From an uncultured Thermoleophilia bacterium (lineage in GTDB: Bacteria; Actinomycetota; Thermoleophilia; RBG-16-64-13), in NCBI GenBank assembly GCA_963772095.1, contig CAVYVU010000019.1:12239-76238 (forward strand): DNA of 64,000 bases, given 5' to 3'. Made by a program: the position numbers and the translations under genes. This document shows positions 1 through 9,701 of this stretch, one piece after another. How positions within the stretch are numbered: position 1 is the first letter of the stretch; the number at the start of each line of letters is the position of its first letter. Under the pieces are notes generated by a model. The model worked only from the letters and a program-made list of their open reading frames with translations, had not been told where the DNA came from and did not search any database.

Positions 1-359
1 TACAGGTTGGTGCTCCACTCCCCGGGCTCGAGGAAATCGAGTATCTCCCGCGCGAGGTCGAGAGGCAGAGGGTCGTGGTGGATGGTCCTGCCACTCGCGG
101 CCTCCCGGATCAGGGCGCCCTGGTAGGCCACCAACGGGCCGCTCAGCCCCAGCTCGCGGGCAAAAGGCAGGGCCGAGCAGAACATGCGGCCTGTGGCCAG
201 CACCGTGGGGATCCCGAGTCGGGCCAAGGCTTGGACCGTCCGGACTGTCAGAGGGCGAAGCCTATGCTGGTTGTCCAGAAGGGTGCCGTCGAGGTCCGCC
301 GCCACCAGTCGGACGCGAGGACGAGAGTGCTCAGATGTGTGTGGGCCGATAGGAGTCAA
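1..359 (-). CDS. Cof-type HAD-IIB family hydrolase (3' end outside window)
   Basis: Manual reverse translation from TTG at 359: ...VRLVAADLDGTLLD...VLATGRMF...LVAYQGALI..., containing HAD motif I (DxDGT) and motif II (ATGR). Not in the ORF track because it runs off the edge. Confidence 0.9.
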   Translation of the reverse strand, partial: MTPIGPHTSEHSRPRVRLVAADLDGTLLDNQHRLRPLTVRTVQALARLGIPTVLATGRMFCSALPFARELGLSGPLVAYQGALIREAASGRTIHHDPLPLDLAREILDFLEPGEWSTNL

Positions 360-416
360 CAATCGGGCGTGCCTCGGGTATCAAGATAATGGCGGGACGG
401 GCGATAGATTAGCAGA

Positions 417-1281
417 ATGATCACGTCAACCGACCAGACACTAAAGGTTGTGCCGCGGCTGTCCGTGGCGTCGTGCCCGCAATGCGGGGCCGCCGTGAGC
501 ATGCCCCACGACGCGGATTCGGTGGTCTGCCCCGCCTGCGGCTCCAGCCTCACCAAGGTGGGGGGCGTCCTGGTGCAAGTCGTTTCGGAACGGGTGGATG
601 TGACCCGAGCCCAAGCGGAGGATTGGCTCCGAGCATGGATCTCCAAGAGTGTGTCTCCGGGACTGTTACGCGGTCGGTCACGGGCAGAACAAACCTCGAC
701 GACGGTCGGAGATCTGCGTTTCTTCCCCTTCCTGAAGATCTCTGGAGCGAACGGCGAGAAGATCACACCGCTCGCCGCGCTGCCTTCCCCGTGGGTGGCC
801 GAGTTGGGGCACGCCCCTGGGCAGATGCTCGACGTGGCGGACCACGGTCAGGGGCTTGTGGCATCGCGCACCGCGGGACCGATGCCGGCCGGGCTGGCGC
901 CGACGGCGCCCGGCCCGGCGCTGACCCCACCAGACTTAGCACTGGTCGAAGAGACCCTGACGCATGCGCTGACCGACCCGGCTGTAAGCCGGGTGCTCGT
1001 CGAATATCGCGGCTACTATCCGGCAAAGTACTCGATGGGAGACGTGGACGGCCGACCCTACGCTGCGATCATCGCCGCGGGACAGGGGATCGTCTACGGT
1101 GAACGGCCGCCGAGGTCGTCGCCGAACGGCGCGAGACCAGGCAGTGTTTCTGGGCACCGCCGCGTTGTTGCTGGCAGAGGCCGCCTTTGTGCCGGGGCTG
1201 TATCTGCGCTTGATCGCCGTTCTGGTCACAGCCTTGGTGGCTTGGATCGTGGTGACGTGGACGGTGGTGCGCCATGGCTGA
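417..1281 (+). CDS. Zinc-ribbon membrane protein (YdjG-like), one probable frameshift at ~1110-1130
   Basis: N-terminal CPQC...CPAC ribbon. The alternative frame (ORF 1099..1281) gives two hydrophobic helices, and its stop overlaps the next ATG at 1274. Confidence 0.65.
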
Positions 1282-2377
1282 GGCAAGCGGCGGCGTAGCC
1301 GCCGTCGATTCCGGGCCGGCGGTTGAACCGGCGTCGGCTGTCGGTGCGGGGCCGGACCCGTTCGCCGGCGCAGGTCTCGGCGAGGAGCGCGAGCCGGTGC
1401 TTCACGCCACCTGCTGCCCGCAATGTGCGGGGCCTGTGCATACGGTTGGCGACACGCGCACCCTCAAGTGCGAACATTGCGGCGTCCGCCTCCTGGTGCT
1501 GACGAAAGGGGGCTGCGCCCGCTGGTTCTTCAGGCCGAGGGTGGAGCGCCTCCAGGCGGTCGCTCGGGCCACCGACTGGCTCGAGAAGCAGCCCGGCATA
1601 CTCGGGGCGGCTCGCCGGGCGCATTTCGTTGAGGCCAGGCTTCTCTACCTGCCCATCTGGGAATATCGGGCCCTGGTGACCGGGTGGGAGTTCGGGCAGA
1701 GGCTGCGGACCCGTCTCGTCTCCACACCACTATTGGACCCCGCGAAGAATATCCCTGGGCAGGACACGGTCGAACTGAAGGTCGCCCAGGAAAGCGTGCA
1801 AGAGGGCCAGCTCCACGAGCGTCGCTACTATGAGGCCGCGGCCGACCTGGGGGCTCTCGGAGTGAATCGCCCTCGCATCACCGGACGCGAGTTTGCCGTG
1901 CCGCTGCTTCCCGGCGAGATCGATGCGGACGCCTTCGTGCTCGAGGCCGAGGGCAGCGCAACCGAGATCGCCGACCAGGGGCGAAAAGTGGTATTGACCC
2001 CTGTCTCCGCCGCCAACTCCCCCGATACCCACCTTTTTGCGCTGCGGGAGTCCACCACCCTTCTCTACTATCCGCTGTGGTCTCTCCACTACGTCTTCGA
2101 GGATCGCCGGTACGCGGTGATGATCGACGGACGCAACGGGACGGTGTATTCCGGCCGGGCTCCGGCCTCGAATGCGGGCCGGGTGGCTGCGTTCATGGGC
2201 GGAGTGGCCCTTCTCGCCGTCATCGTAGCGGTCCTGGCCCACGCCGCGCCCGGATCCGGCGAGATGTCGTTATCCGCCGTGGCGGCCGGCGTGATAGTGT
2301 CTGCGGCAGCCCTAGTGTCCGCATGGCGTTTCCGCCTACAAGGGGAGGTGGAATACCACGAGCCCTTCTCCAGCTGA
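1274..2377 (+). CDS. Zinc-ribbon membrane protein (YdjG-like)
   Basis: CPQC...CEHC ribbon; YLPIW and YYPLW...YAVMIDGRNG motifs; two C-terminal TM helices. Confidence 0.75.
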   Translation: MAEASGGVAAVDSGPAVEPASAVGAGPDPFAGAGLGEEREPVLHATCCPQCAGPVHTVGDTRTLKCEHCGVRLLVLTKGGCARWFFRPRVERLQAVARATDWLEKQPGILGAARRAHFVEARLLYLPIWEYRALVTGWEFGQRLRTRLVSTPLLDPAKNIPGQDTVELKVAQESVQEGQLHERRYYEAAADLGALGVNRPRITGREFAVPLLPGEIDADAFVLEAEGSATEIADQGRKVVLTPVSAANSPDTHLFALRESTTLLYYPLWSLHYVFEDRRYAVMIDGRNGTVYSGRAPASNAGRVAAFMGGVALLAVIVAVLAHAAPGSGEMSLSAVAAGVIVSAAALVSAWRFRLQGEVEYHEPFSS

Positions 2378-3146
2378 GCTTGTCCCCCTGCTGTGCAGGA
2401 ACTGCGGTCTTCCCCTGGAGGGCGGTGACGACGCCGCCCTTTTTCTATGCCGCGCGTGCGGCTTGGTGCACGAGCCCGGCGACGAAGGCCTCACAGCCTT
2501 CCAGCCGCTCACTGCGGCTATAACCAGCGAGCTGGCGGTCCCCAGCGACGTACGCTATCTGGCTATATGGAGGTTCGTGGCTTCGCCTCAGGGCGGAGTG
2601 AGGACGGGCCAAGTGGCGCTGGCTCCCGACATGCAACTGCCGTCCGATCAGGCCTGGGAGGGGATCCGCAAGGCAGCCGCGCCCGGACCGCCCTACCTCT
2701 ACGTGCCTGCATTCGTTTTGACCCGAGCCGTGGTCCAGCAGCTGGGAGTCAGCTTGGTGATGGCTCAGCCGCAGCTGGAGTTGACGCCGGGGCTCCCGGC
2801 GGAGGCGCCCGCCCGCCCAGTACTGGTGCCCGCGCTCGGGGGGTCGTCGGGTAGCGCCCCGGCCGGCGCAGCCGCCGGTGCGGTCGGTGACGAAGGCGCC
2901 GACGAAGGCCCGGGCTTCGGCACCGTCTCCCCCGTGGTCGTAGGCAGGCAGGATGCCCGCGCCCTGGCCAACTTTGTCTATTTGGCCGTGGTGGCTCGCG
3001 AACTCCACGACCTGCTCTCCATCGAGTATCAGTTGGACCTGACGAAAGAGGAACTGGTTTTCCTTCCGGCGGTCTGGGACCTACGATATGTGTTGAACTC
3101 CAATTGGAGATTCCTACTTCGTGAATTCGACGACCTTGTGGCCTAG
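2358..3146 (+). CDS. Zinc-ribbon protein, probable ACG start
   Basis: The frame is open from 2316. A CRNC...CRAC ribbon lies upstream of the called TTG at 2463, and GGGGAGGTG lies 7 nt before ACG at 2358. Confidence 0.7.
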   Translation, partial: TSPSPAELVPLLCRNCGLPLEGGDDAALFLCRACGLVHEPGDEGLTAFQPLTAAITSELAVPSDVRYLAIWRFVASPQGGVRTGQVALAPDMQLPSDQAWEGIRKAAAPGPPYLYVPAFVLTRAVVQQLGVSLVMAQPQLELTPGLPAEAPARPVLVPALGGSSGSAPAGAAAGAVGDEGADEGPGFGTVSPVVVGRQDARALANFVYLAVVARELHDLLSIEYQLDLTKEELVFLPAVWDLRYVLNSNWRFLLREFDDLVA

Positions 3147-3168
3147 CTACAAAAGGAAAGGGGGCGTC

Positions 3169-3684
3169 ATGGCGGATATCGGGACAAGAATTGAAGAGAG
3201 CAAGAATTGGTTCGAAAGGGCCGCGCACCATCTGCCCGGGTATCGGGGATACAAGGACAAGGAATTGCGGCGCGAGGCCGACAAGATCGAGCGGCTCTAC
3301 GTGGCCGAGCGGCTGGAAGCGTGCCGGCACAAACTCGACGACGTGATGCTCGACCTGACCCGCCGGTCGGATCTCGATCCGATGGACGATCTGGACATCG
3401 CCCTTCGCAAGTTGCGTAAGGTGCGCGATCGCATCCAGTTCGCCGATTATGGCTACGCGGGGCTCTTCGACACGGTCAAGGTGGATGAGCCCGTCCTTGA
3501 CCAGCTGTACCAATACGACGTCCAGGTGCAGGAGCAGGCCCGGGCTCTGGAAGACTTCTGCAACGCGCTATCGGCGGACAGCCCCTCGCTCCGTCCCGAC
3601 ATCGAGCTGCTTGACGATAAAGTGAACGCCCTGGATGCTTTCTTCACCGAGCGAGAACATCTCATCACCGGAGCCGGGAGGTAG
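3169..3684 (+). CDS. Conserved alpha-helical hypothetical protein
   Basis: Purine-rich RBS before ATG 3169; charged helical sequence (LPGYRGYKDKELRREADK); 3 nt from the SPFH gene. Confidence 0.8.
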   Translation: MADIGTRIEESKNWFERAAHHLPGYRGYKDKELRREADKIERLYVAERLEACRHKLDDVMLDLTRRSDLDPMDDLDIALRKLRKVRDRIQFADYGYAGLFDTVKVDEPVLDQLYQYDVQVQEQARALEDFCNALSADSPSLRPDIELLDDKVNALDAFFTEREHLITGAGR

Positions 3685-3687
3685 ACC

Positions 3688-4899
3688 GTGGCCCTCATGA
3701 ACTTCATCGAGTTTGTCGACGAGCAGGGCGAGGAGATGGTCCATCGCATCCCCGAGCAGGGTTCGGGCGACTTCAAGGTGGGCTCCCAGTTGGTGGTCCG
3801 GGAAAACCAGTGGGCGGTCTTCTTTCGGGACGGCAAAGCCTACGACGTTTTTGGGCCGGGGCGGCACACCCTGGCCACTCAGAACATCCCCCTGCTCACC
3901 ACGGTGCTCACGCTGCCGCTCTTCGGCGACTCACCGTTTCGCAGCGAGGTCTACTTCGTCAGTCAGCGCACGTTCACGGACCTGAAGTGGGGCACGGCTG
4001 AGCCCATCCTTTTCCGGGATTCAGAATTCAAAATGATCCGTTTGCGTTCGAACGGCATCTACAGCATCCAGATCACCGACCCCAAGTTGTTCGTGCTCAA
4101 GATCGTGGGGACGCGCTCGATCTTTACCAACACCGAGATCGAGGACTTCCTCCGCGGGGTGATCGTGGGAAGGCTCGCGGATATCCTGGGTGAGCACCTC
4201 GATTCTGTGTTGGATCTGCCCCGTTACTTCGATGAACTGGGCGCGGGCCTGAAAGCGCGCATCAAGGACGACTTCGCCCAGTACGGTCTCGCCATCGTCG
4301 ACTTTCTGATCAACGCCATCTCGCCGCCGGACGAGGTGCAGAAGCGCATCGACGAACGCTCCGGAATGGAAGCCGTGGGTGGCATGGACCGCTACTTCCA
4401 GTTCAAGGCGGCGCAAGCGATCGGCGACTTGGCGCGCGGCGCCGGCTCCGGTGGCGGAGCCGGTGGCGGTGGTGGTGGTACGGGCAGCACGGTGGGTACC
4501 GCCGCGGCCGCGGGGCTTGGCCTCGGTACCGGCGCCGGCCTAGGCATGATGATCCCGGGCATGTTGCAGCAGGCCATGGCCGGAGGCGCGCAGCCCAAGG
4601 TGCGCTGCCCCAACTGCGGCAAGGACATCCCCTTCGGCAGCAAGTTCTGCCCGGAATGCGGCACGAACCTCTCCGCCACGATCACCTGTCCGCAGTGCAA
4701 GGCCACACTGCCGGTAGGTTCCAAGTTCTGTCCCAACTGTGGGTATCAGTTGACCGGCGGCGCGAAGCCGGCGGGTGAAAGCGCGGAGGGCGCCGCGGCG
4801 AGCGCGCCCGCCGACGCCGCTCCGCCAACCGACTCCGCCGATGCGGGCGCCCCGGCGGATGCCGGCGCCGACAAGCCCGCCGAACCGGAGACCAAATGA
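3688..4899 (+). CDS. SPFH/Band-7 domain protein (YdjI-like) with C-terminal double zinc ribbon
   Basis: GSQLVVRENQWAVFFRDGK...GPGRHTL...KWGT signature, Gly-rich linker, then CPNC/CPEC/CPQC/CPNC. Confidence 0.9.
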   Translation: MALMNFIEFVDEQGEEMVHRIPEQGSGDFKVGSQLVVRENQWAVFFRDGKAYDVFGPGRHTLATQNIPLLTTVLTLPLFGDSPFRSEVYFVSQRTFTDLKWGTAEPILFRDSEFKMIRLRSNGIYSIQITDPKLFVLKIVGTRSIFTNTEIEDFLRGVIVGRLADILGEHLDSVLDLPRYFDELGAGLKARIKDDFAQYGLAIVDFLINAISPPDEVQKRIDERSGMEAVGGMDRYFQFKAAQAIGDLARGAGSGGGAGGGGGGTGSTVGTAAAAGLGLGTGAGLGMMIPGMLQQAMAGGAQPKVRCPNCGKDIPFGSKFCPECGTNLSATITCPQCKATLPVGSKFCPNCGYQLTGGAKPAGESAEGAAASAPADAAPPTDSADAGAPADAGADKPAEPETK

Positions 4900-6845
4900 G
4901 ACCTTGGCGTAGGCTTGGACTGAGGCTTCGCTTGCGCGAGCGCGTCTGGCGGCGGTCCCGCGTCCGGGTCCGCGTGAGGCGGCGGGCGAGGGCAGGGCTC
5001 TGGCTCTGCGTGCCGGCCGCCCTCTTTGTCGCCTTTTTCATCGCGGCGCTCGTGATGCTGCCCGCTCCGGCGGCGCAGGCTCAGGCCAAGGAGTGGCAGA
5101 TAAGCAACATGGACGTCCTCCTGAACGTCCAGCAGAACGGCGACGCCGTGGTGGATGAGAACGTCACGTTCGCGTTCCAAGGCAACTTCCACTTTGTGTC
5201 GCGGTCAATCCCCACCCAGAACATGGATGGCATCGCCGACATCCAGGTGCTCCAGAACGGGGCGCCGCTGCCCAAAGTGTCCGCGAGCGACACCACCCCC
5301 GGCACCTGGAGCGCCTCGAAACAGGGCAACAACGAGATCATCCAGATCAACTTCGACATCACCGATGCCTCGGCCACGTGGACCTTCCACTACCGGGCCC
5401 AAGGGGTGATCCAGTTCTTCGACCAGGGCGACGAGCTGCGCTGGTACGTGTTCGACGCCGACACGCCGGTGACCATCGCGGCGGTGAAGGCCACGGTCAA
5501 GATCCCCGACTCGGTGGCCGCCGGCAAGATGACTTCAGCGGTGCAGGCGGACCCGAGCGTGCAGACGAGCGTCACCTCGCCCGCGGCTTCCACGATGGTC
5601 TACGAAGCAAAAGACATTCCCCCGTACACCAACTTCTGGATCGTCACCGGGTTCCCCAAAGGCATAGTCAAGTTCACCTGGACCGCCCGCCGCGTGGCGG
5701 CTTTCGCCGTGCCGAAGATCGGTTTCCTCTTGCCCATCATCGCGTTCTTGGCCATGCTGCTCATCTGGCGCAGGCGCGGACGCGACGCCCCGGCGCAGAC
5801 CTACGCCAAATACGTGACCGAGCCGCCATCCGACCTCCGACCGGGCTTGGCCGGCGCGCTCATCGACGAGAAGGTGGACACCAAAGAGGTGATATCCACC
5901 ATTGTCGACCTGGCCCACCGCGGCTACATCGAGATGACCGACGACAAGAAGGAAGGCCTCTTCGGCGGCACCCATACCACCTTCAAGCGGCTCAAGCCTC
6001 TGGACGATCTCCAGGGCTACGAGCGAGAGGTGGCGGACGCGCTGTTCAGCGCCAACGCTGATGAAGTCACCACCGACGATCTGCGCAATCATTTCTACGC
6101 CCACGTCGATCCCATATGCAGCGCGGTCTATCAAGAGGTCACCACGCAGGGCTTTTTCGCGCAGAATCCCAAAGACGTGCGCAACCATTGGCTGGGTTGG
6201 GGCTTCGGGGTGGCCGTCGTGCTCGGAGGGCTCACGGCACTGCTGGCGCTCACGCACGTTCCCGGCTGGGGCTACTTCCTGCTCGGTTCGATCGTCGCGT
6301 CGATAATCGTGTGGGCCTTCGCGCCGTTCATGCCGCACCGCACCGCCAAGGGCGCCCAGGAGCAGAAGAAGTGGCAGGCGTTCCGCAACTACCTGCACGA
6401 CCTCACGCGGTTCCAGGATCAGGCGGCTGCGAAGGAGACCTTCGAGAAATACCTGGCCTACGCCATAGCATTCGGCGTGGAGAAGGAGTGGGTACGGCGC
6501 TTCGAAGGGCTGAACGTTCCTCCGCCCATCTGGTATCACCCCATCTTCATCCCCGGTTGGGGATACGGCATGGGAGGTCAGATGGGTCCGGCCGGTGGTC
6601 CGATAGGCGGCGGCTTGGCCGGCGGGATCCCCGGTGGGGTAGGCGGTCCGGCCATACCGGGTGGCGGCTTCAACCTGGATACCATCTCGCATAGCCTGTT
6701 CGGCAGTCTCAACAACATGTCCAGCGTGCTGACCTCCGCGCCTTCCAGCACGGGCTCCGGCCGCGGAGCGTTCGGTGGGATGGGCGGCGGCTTCGGTGGC
6801 GGCTTTGGAGGTGGCGGTGGCGGAGGTGGTTTCCGCGCCGGCTGA
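4896..6845 (+). CDS. DUF2207 family membrane protein (start uncertain)
   Basis: Extracellular beta-rich N-domain (DELRWYVF), TM helices, TIVDLAHRGYI, YLAYAIAFGVEKEW and a Gly-rich GGGFGGGGGGG tail. Confidence 0.88.
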   Translation: MRPWRRLGLRLRLRERVWRRSRVRVRVRRRARAGLWLCVPAALFVAFFIAALVMLPAPAAQAQAKEWQISNMDVLLNVQQNGDAVVDENVTFAFQGNFHFVSRSIPTQNMDGIADIQVLQNGAPLPKVSASDTTPGTWSASKQGNNEIIQINFDITDASATWTFHYRAQGVIQFFDQGDELRWYVFDADTPVTIAAVKATVKIPDSVAAGKMTSAVQADPSVQTSVTSPAASTMVYEAKDIPPYTNFWIVTGFPKGIVKFTWTARRVAAFAVPKIGFLLPIIAFLAMLLIWRRRGRDAPAQTYAKYVTEPPSDLRPGLAGALIDEKVDTKEVISTIVDLAHRGYIEMTDDKKEGLFGGTHTTFKRLKPLDDLQGYEREVADALFSANADEVTTDDLRNHFYAHVDPICSAVYQEVTTQGFFAQNPKDVRNHWLGWGFGVAVVLGGLTALLALTHVPGWGYFLLGSIVASIIVWAFAPFMPHRTAKGAQEQKKWQAFRNYLHDLTRFQDQAAAKETFEKYLAYAIAFGVEKEWVRRFEGLNVPPPIWYHPIFIPGWGYGMGGQMGPAGGPIGGGLAGGIPGGVGGPAIPGGGFNLDTISHSLFGSLNNMSSVLTSAPSSTGSGRGAFGGMGGGFGGGFGGGGGGGGFRAG

Positions 6846-6895
6846 TCAGGAGAGTTCGTGATGAAGAGACCAAACGCTGCGGCTGGGAGGTCGCG

Positions 6896-7450
6896 ATGCG
6901 CAGCAGGATAATCGGGATCGTACTGATCGTCGTGAGTATAGGCATCGACGTCTGGCTGGGCACGGGCCTGGCCACGGGGTCGCGGGCGACGGGGATCGGG
7001 CTCGGGTTCGTGCTCTTCTCGCTGCCGTTCCTGGCGGTGGGCATCTACCTGCTGTTGAGTGCCCGCGGTGAGATCAAAGAGGAGAGCAAGGCCGACAAGG
7101 AGCGCAACATCCTCGACGCGGTGACGACCCGAGGCAAGGTGACCGTGGCCGACCTGGCCATCGAGGGCAATCTCACCCGCGACCAGGTGAAGGGCTACGT
7201 GTACGACCTCATCGGGAAGGACCTGTTCCGCGGATACGTGAACTGGGACCGCGGCGAGTTGGTCTCGGCCGAAGCGGCTCAGATCAAAGACGGCACCTGC
7301 CCTAATTGCGGTGGCCGCCTGGAGTTGGCAGGTAAAGGTCTTGTCCGTTGTCCGTATTGCGGCACTGAGATATACCTGTCCGGGCCGGCGTCGGCGTCCG
7401 CGCCGACGGCCGGGGCTTCGGGTCCCGCGGCGACTTCGAATCAGCGGTGA
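6896..7450 (+). CDS. Membrane protein with winged-helix (PCI-like) region and zinc ribbon
   Basis: GGGAGG RBS; two TM helices; GKVTVADLA...FRGYVNWDRGEL; CPNC...CPYC. Confidence 0.75.
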   Translation: MRSRIIGIVLIVVSIGIDVWLGTGLATGSRATGIGLGFVLFSLPFLAVGIYLLLSARGEIKEESKADKERNILDAVTTRGKVTVADLAIEGNLTRDQVKGYVYDLIGKDLFRGYVNWDRGELVSAEAAQIKDGTCPNCGGRLELAGKGLVRCPYCGTEIYLSGPASASAPTAGASGPAATSNQR

Positions 7451-7587
7451 CTGCCCCCGGCCGCGGCTTCGACTACGGACTCAGCGGCGGCTTTCGCCGC
7501 TTCTCCGGATGCGGCGCCGACCTCGCCCCCAGCGGCGCCGGCTGCTGACGACCAGCCCGCCGGCTCGTCCTCGCCAGGAGGTGCTTC

Positions 7588-7941
7588 GTGAAGCTCGCCT
7601 ACAAGATCTGGCTGGACTACAAGGGTCGAGCCTTCGGCTCGGGACCGGCGCGGCTCCTCGACGGTGTCGAGCGCACGGGCTCGCTGCGCAAAGCGGCCGC
7701 TGAGCTCGGCATGTCGTACAACAAGGCCTGGCGGATCCTCCACGCCGCCGAACAGAGGCTTGGCTTCCCGCTCCTGGAGCGGAGCGTCGGCGGGACCCTT
7801 GGCGGTGGCTCCGCGCTGACGCCGCGTGGGTTAGACCTGATGCGGCGGTACCGCGCGCTTCAGTCTGAAGCCGAAGTGGTGCTCAAAGAGGTGTTCGACC
7901 GGCACTTTTCGGACTGGGTGGATCCGGCCGAGGAGGGTTGA
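7588..7941 (+). CDS. modE: ModE-family regulator (DNA-binding domain only)
   Basis: FGSGPARLLDGVERTGSLRKAAAELGMSYNKAW...GGTLGGGSALT; AGGAGG RBS; no TOBE domains. Confidence 0.9.
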   Translation: MKLAYKIWLDYKGRAFGSGPARLLDGVERTGSLRKAAAELGMSYNKAWRILHAAEQRLGFPLLERSVGGTLGGGSALTPRGLDLMRRYRALQSEAEVVLKEVFDRHFSDWVDPAEEG

Positions 7942-8892
7942 AGGGCCGGGTCTGTGCTCAAGATGAAGCCAGAGAAGTGATGAGTCACCGGCGCTGATTG
8001 GCGCTTGCCGGTTGGCTCGTCACTTGATCTCCGTATCGTTCTTCTTGAATTACCTCGGGCTGCTTGATTGCCGGCAGCGTCTATGGCAAAGCCGTATTAC
8101 GCCCAGCGTTGGGATGACTGGGCACCAGCGCCGAGCAGACTGTTTGTGAACTCTGGGAGCACTGCCTGCGGGCTAGTGATTCCGAAGTTGAAATGGAGTT
8201 TAGGAACCCTACAACCCTGCCTGTAAACGGCATGTTTTGTTCGGCGTGGACACAATACGGACACGCAAGAGCGCATTTCGCTCGTCTATTGTGGACCTCC
8301 GGCCCTGACCAGCCGCCCGCGATTGCCAGCAAAAGGGGAGTTTAGTCTCGCGTGCGAATCGCCGATAATAACCCTTGACGGGGTGAAGCCTAGGCTTCAT
8401 ACTCACGTCAGCTACTATTGCCCCTCTTCCCAACTACTAATGGAAGAGGGGCATATTTCTTTTGTGGAGGGGGACACTGACCCGAAAGTAACAGCGGTCC
8501 TTGCTTGATGTGGTCGAAGAGTGAAGAAGCGTCTCAAGCTAGCCTGCTGACACTCGTCACGAGCTCCATGCTTAGCTTCAGTCGAAAGTCCCGCGCTCAA
8601 GCATTGGACCGATGCCGCTTGGCTTTCGGACAGGACGCGCATCGTGGAAATGCTCTTCTGGTGTCCCCTGCAAAACGCCTTTATTCCGTGCCATGAAGTT
8701 CGCCAACGCGAGGGCATGCAAGTACTCTTGCCCGAAGTCAAGCGGGATTAGAGGCACTTTATGAGCATTCCGATTTTGTGCGGGATTTCGAGCGACCGCT
8801 ATTCGACCAGGCTGTTAGCAGCGGGTAACCATCCCTTTCGGCGCTCCCATGGCCCATTGTGAGCGATGCCAGCCGACTGATACGCTTCAGCC

Positions 8893-8982
8893 ATGAACGA
8901 AAACCTCCTCTCTTACGGCGACAACCTGGACGTTCCGAAGCGTCACGTCGTCGAGGCGTCCGGGGACACCTGGCAGTGGTGA
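8893..8982 (+). pseudogene. Internally deleted relic of a site-specific DNA methyltransferase
   Basis: Translates MNENLLSYGDNLDVPKRHVVEASGDTWQW*. This resembles the MTase N-terminus (YYGDNLDVL) joined to the AFEDTWxW motif, with the DPPF segment missing. Confidence 0.6.
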
Positions 8983-9701
8983 CCAGGGAATACATCCTGT
9001 CTGAGATAAGGCGCACAACCGCTGCGAACAGTGGCCAGCCCCTGGGCCGTGACCGTTTCGAGGCCGAGACAGGTATACGAGAGACCGACTGGAGCGGCAG
9101 ATACTGGGCCAGATGGAGCGACGCCGTGCGCGAGGCTGGGTACACGCCGAATGTGATGCAAACGGCACTGCCCACTGAACTTCTTTTGGAGAAGCTAGTC
9201 TCAGTAACCCAGGAGTTGCATCGGTTTCCCACCAACAGCGAACTCGGGATGAAGTCAAGGTCAGACCCGACGTTTCCAAATCCAAAGACTTTTCAGCGCC
9301 TCGGCAGCAAGGCGAAGCGCGCTTCGTTAGTGCTGCAATACTGTGATTCGCGAGCGGACCTAGACGAAGTCGCTGAGCTTTGCCGACCGATTGCGGCTGC
9401 TGTGGTGCCGGAGCCTGCGGGCAGCGATGATTCGAGTGTCGAAATCGCGGGATTCGTCTATCTGTTGAGGTTGGGCAAGTACTACAAGATCGGCCGTAGT
9501 GTCTGCGCTGAGAAACGAGCGTACGAGGTCCAGCTTGTCTTGCCTGAGGAACTGAAACTAGTGCACAAGATTATGACGGATGACCCCGTTGGAATCGAAG
9601 CCTACTGGCATTCGAGATTCGCTTACCGGCGGCTCCGAGGGGAATGGTTCAACCTCACCGCAGAGGACGTTAGAGTGTTTCGCCGTAGGAAGTTCATGTA
9701 A
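8979..9701 (+). CDS. GIY-YIG-like (T5orf172/Mug113-type) nuclease domain protein
   Basis: C-terminal GFVYLL..YYKIGRS...EAYWHSRF..RRLRGEWFNL; N-terminal repeat-like WARWSDAVREAG; GTG start overlaps the relic's TGA. Confidence 0.8.
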   Translation: MTREYILSEIRRTTAANSGQPLGRDRFEAETGIRETDWSGRYWARWSDAVREAGYTPNVMQTALPTELLLEKLVSVTQELHRFPTNSELGMKSRSDPTFPNPKTFQRLGSKAKRASLVLQYCDSRADLDEVAELCRPIAAAVVPEPAGSDDSSVEIAGFVYLLRLGKYYKIGRSVCAEKRAYEVQLVLPEELKLVHKIMTDDPVGIEAYWHSRFAYRRLRGEWFNLTAEDVRVFRRRKFM

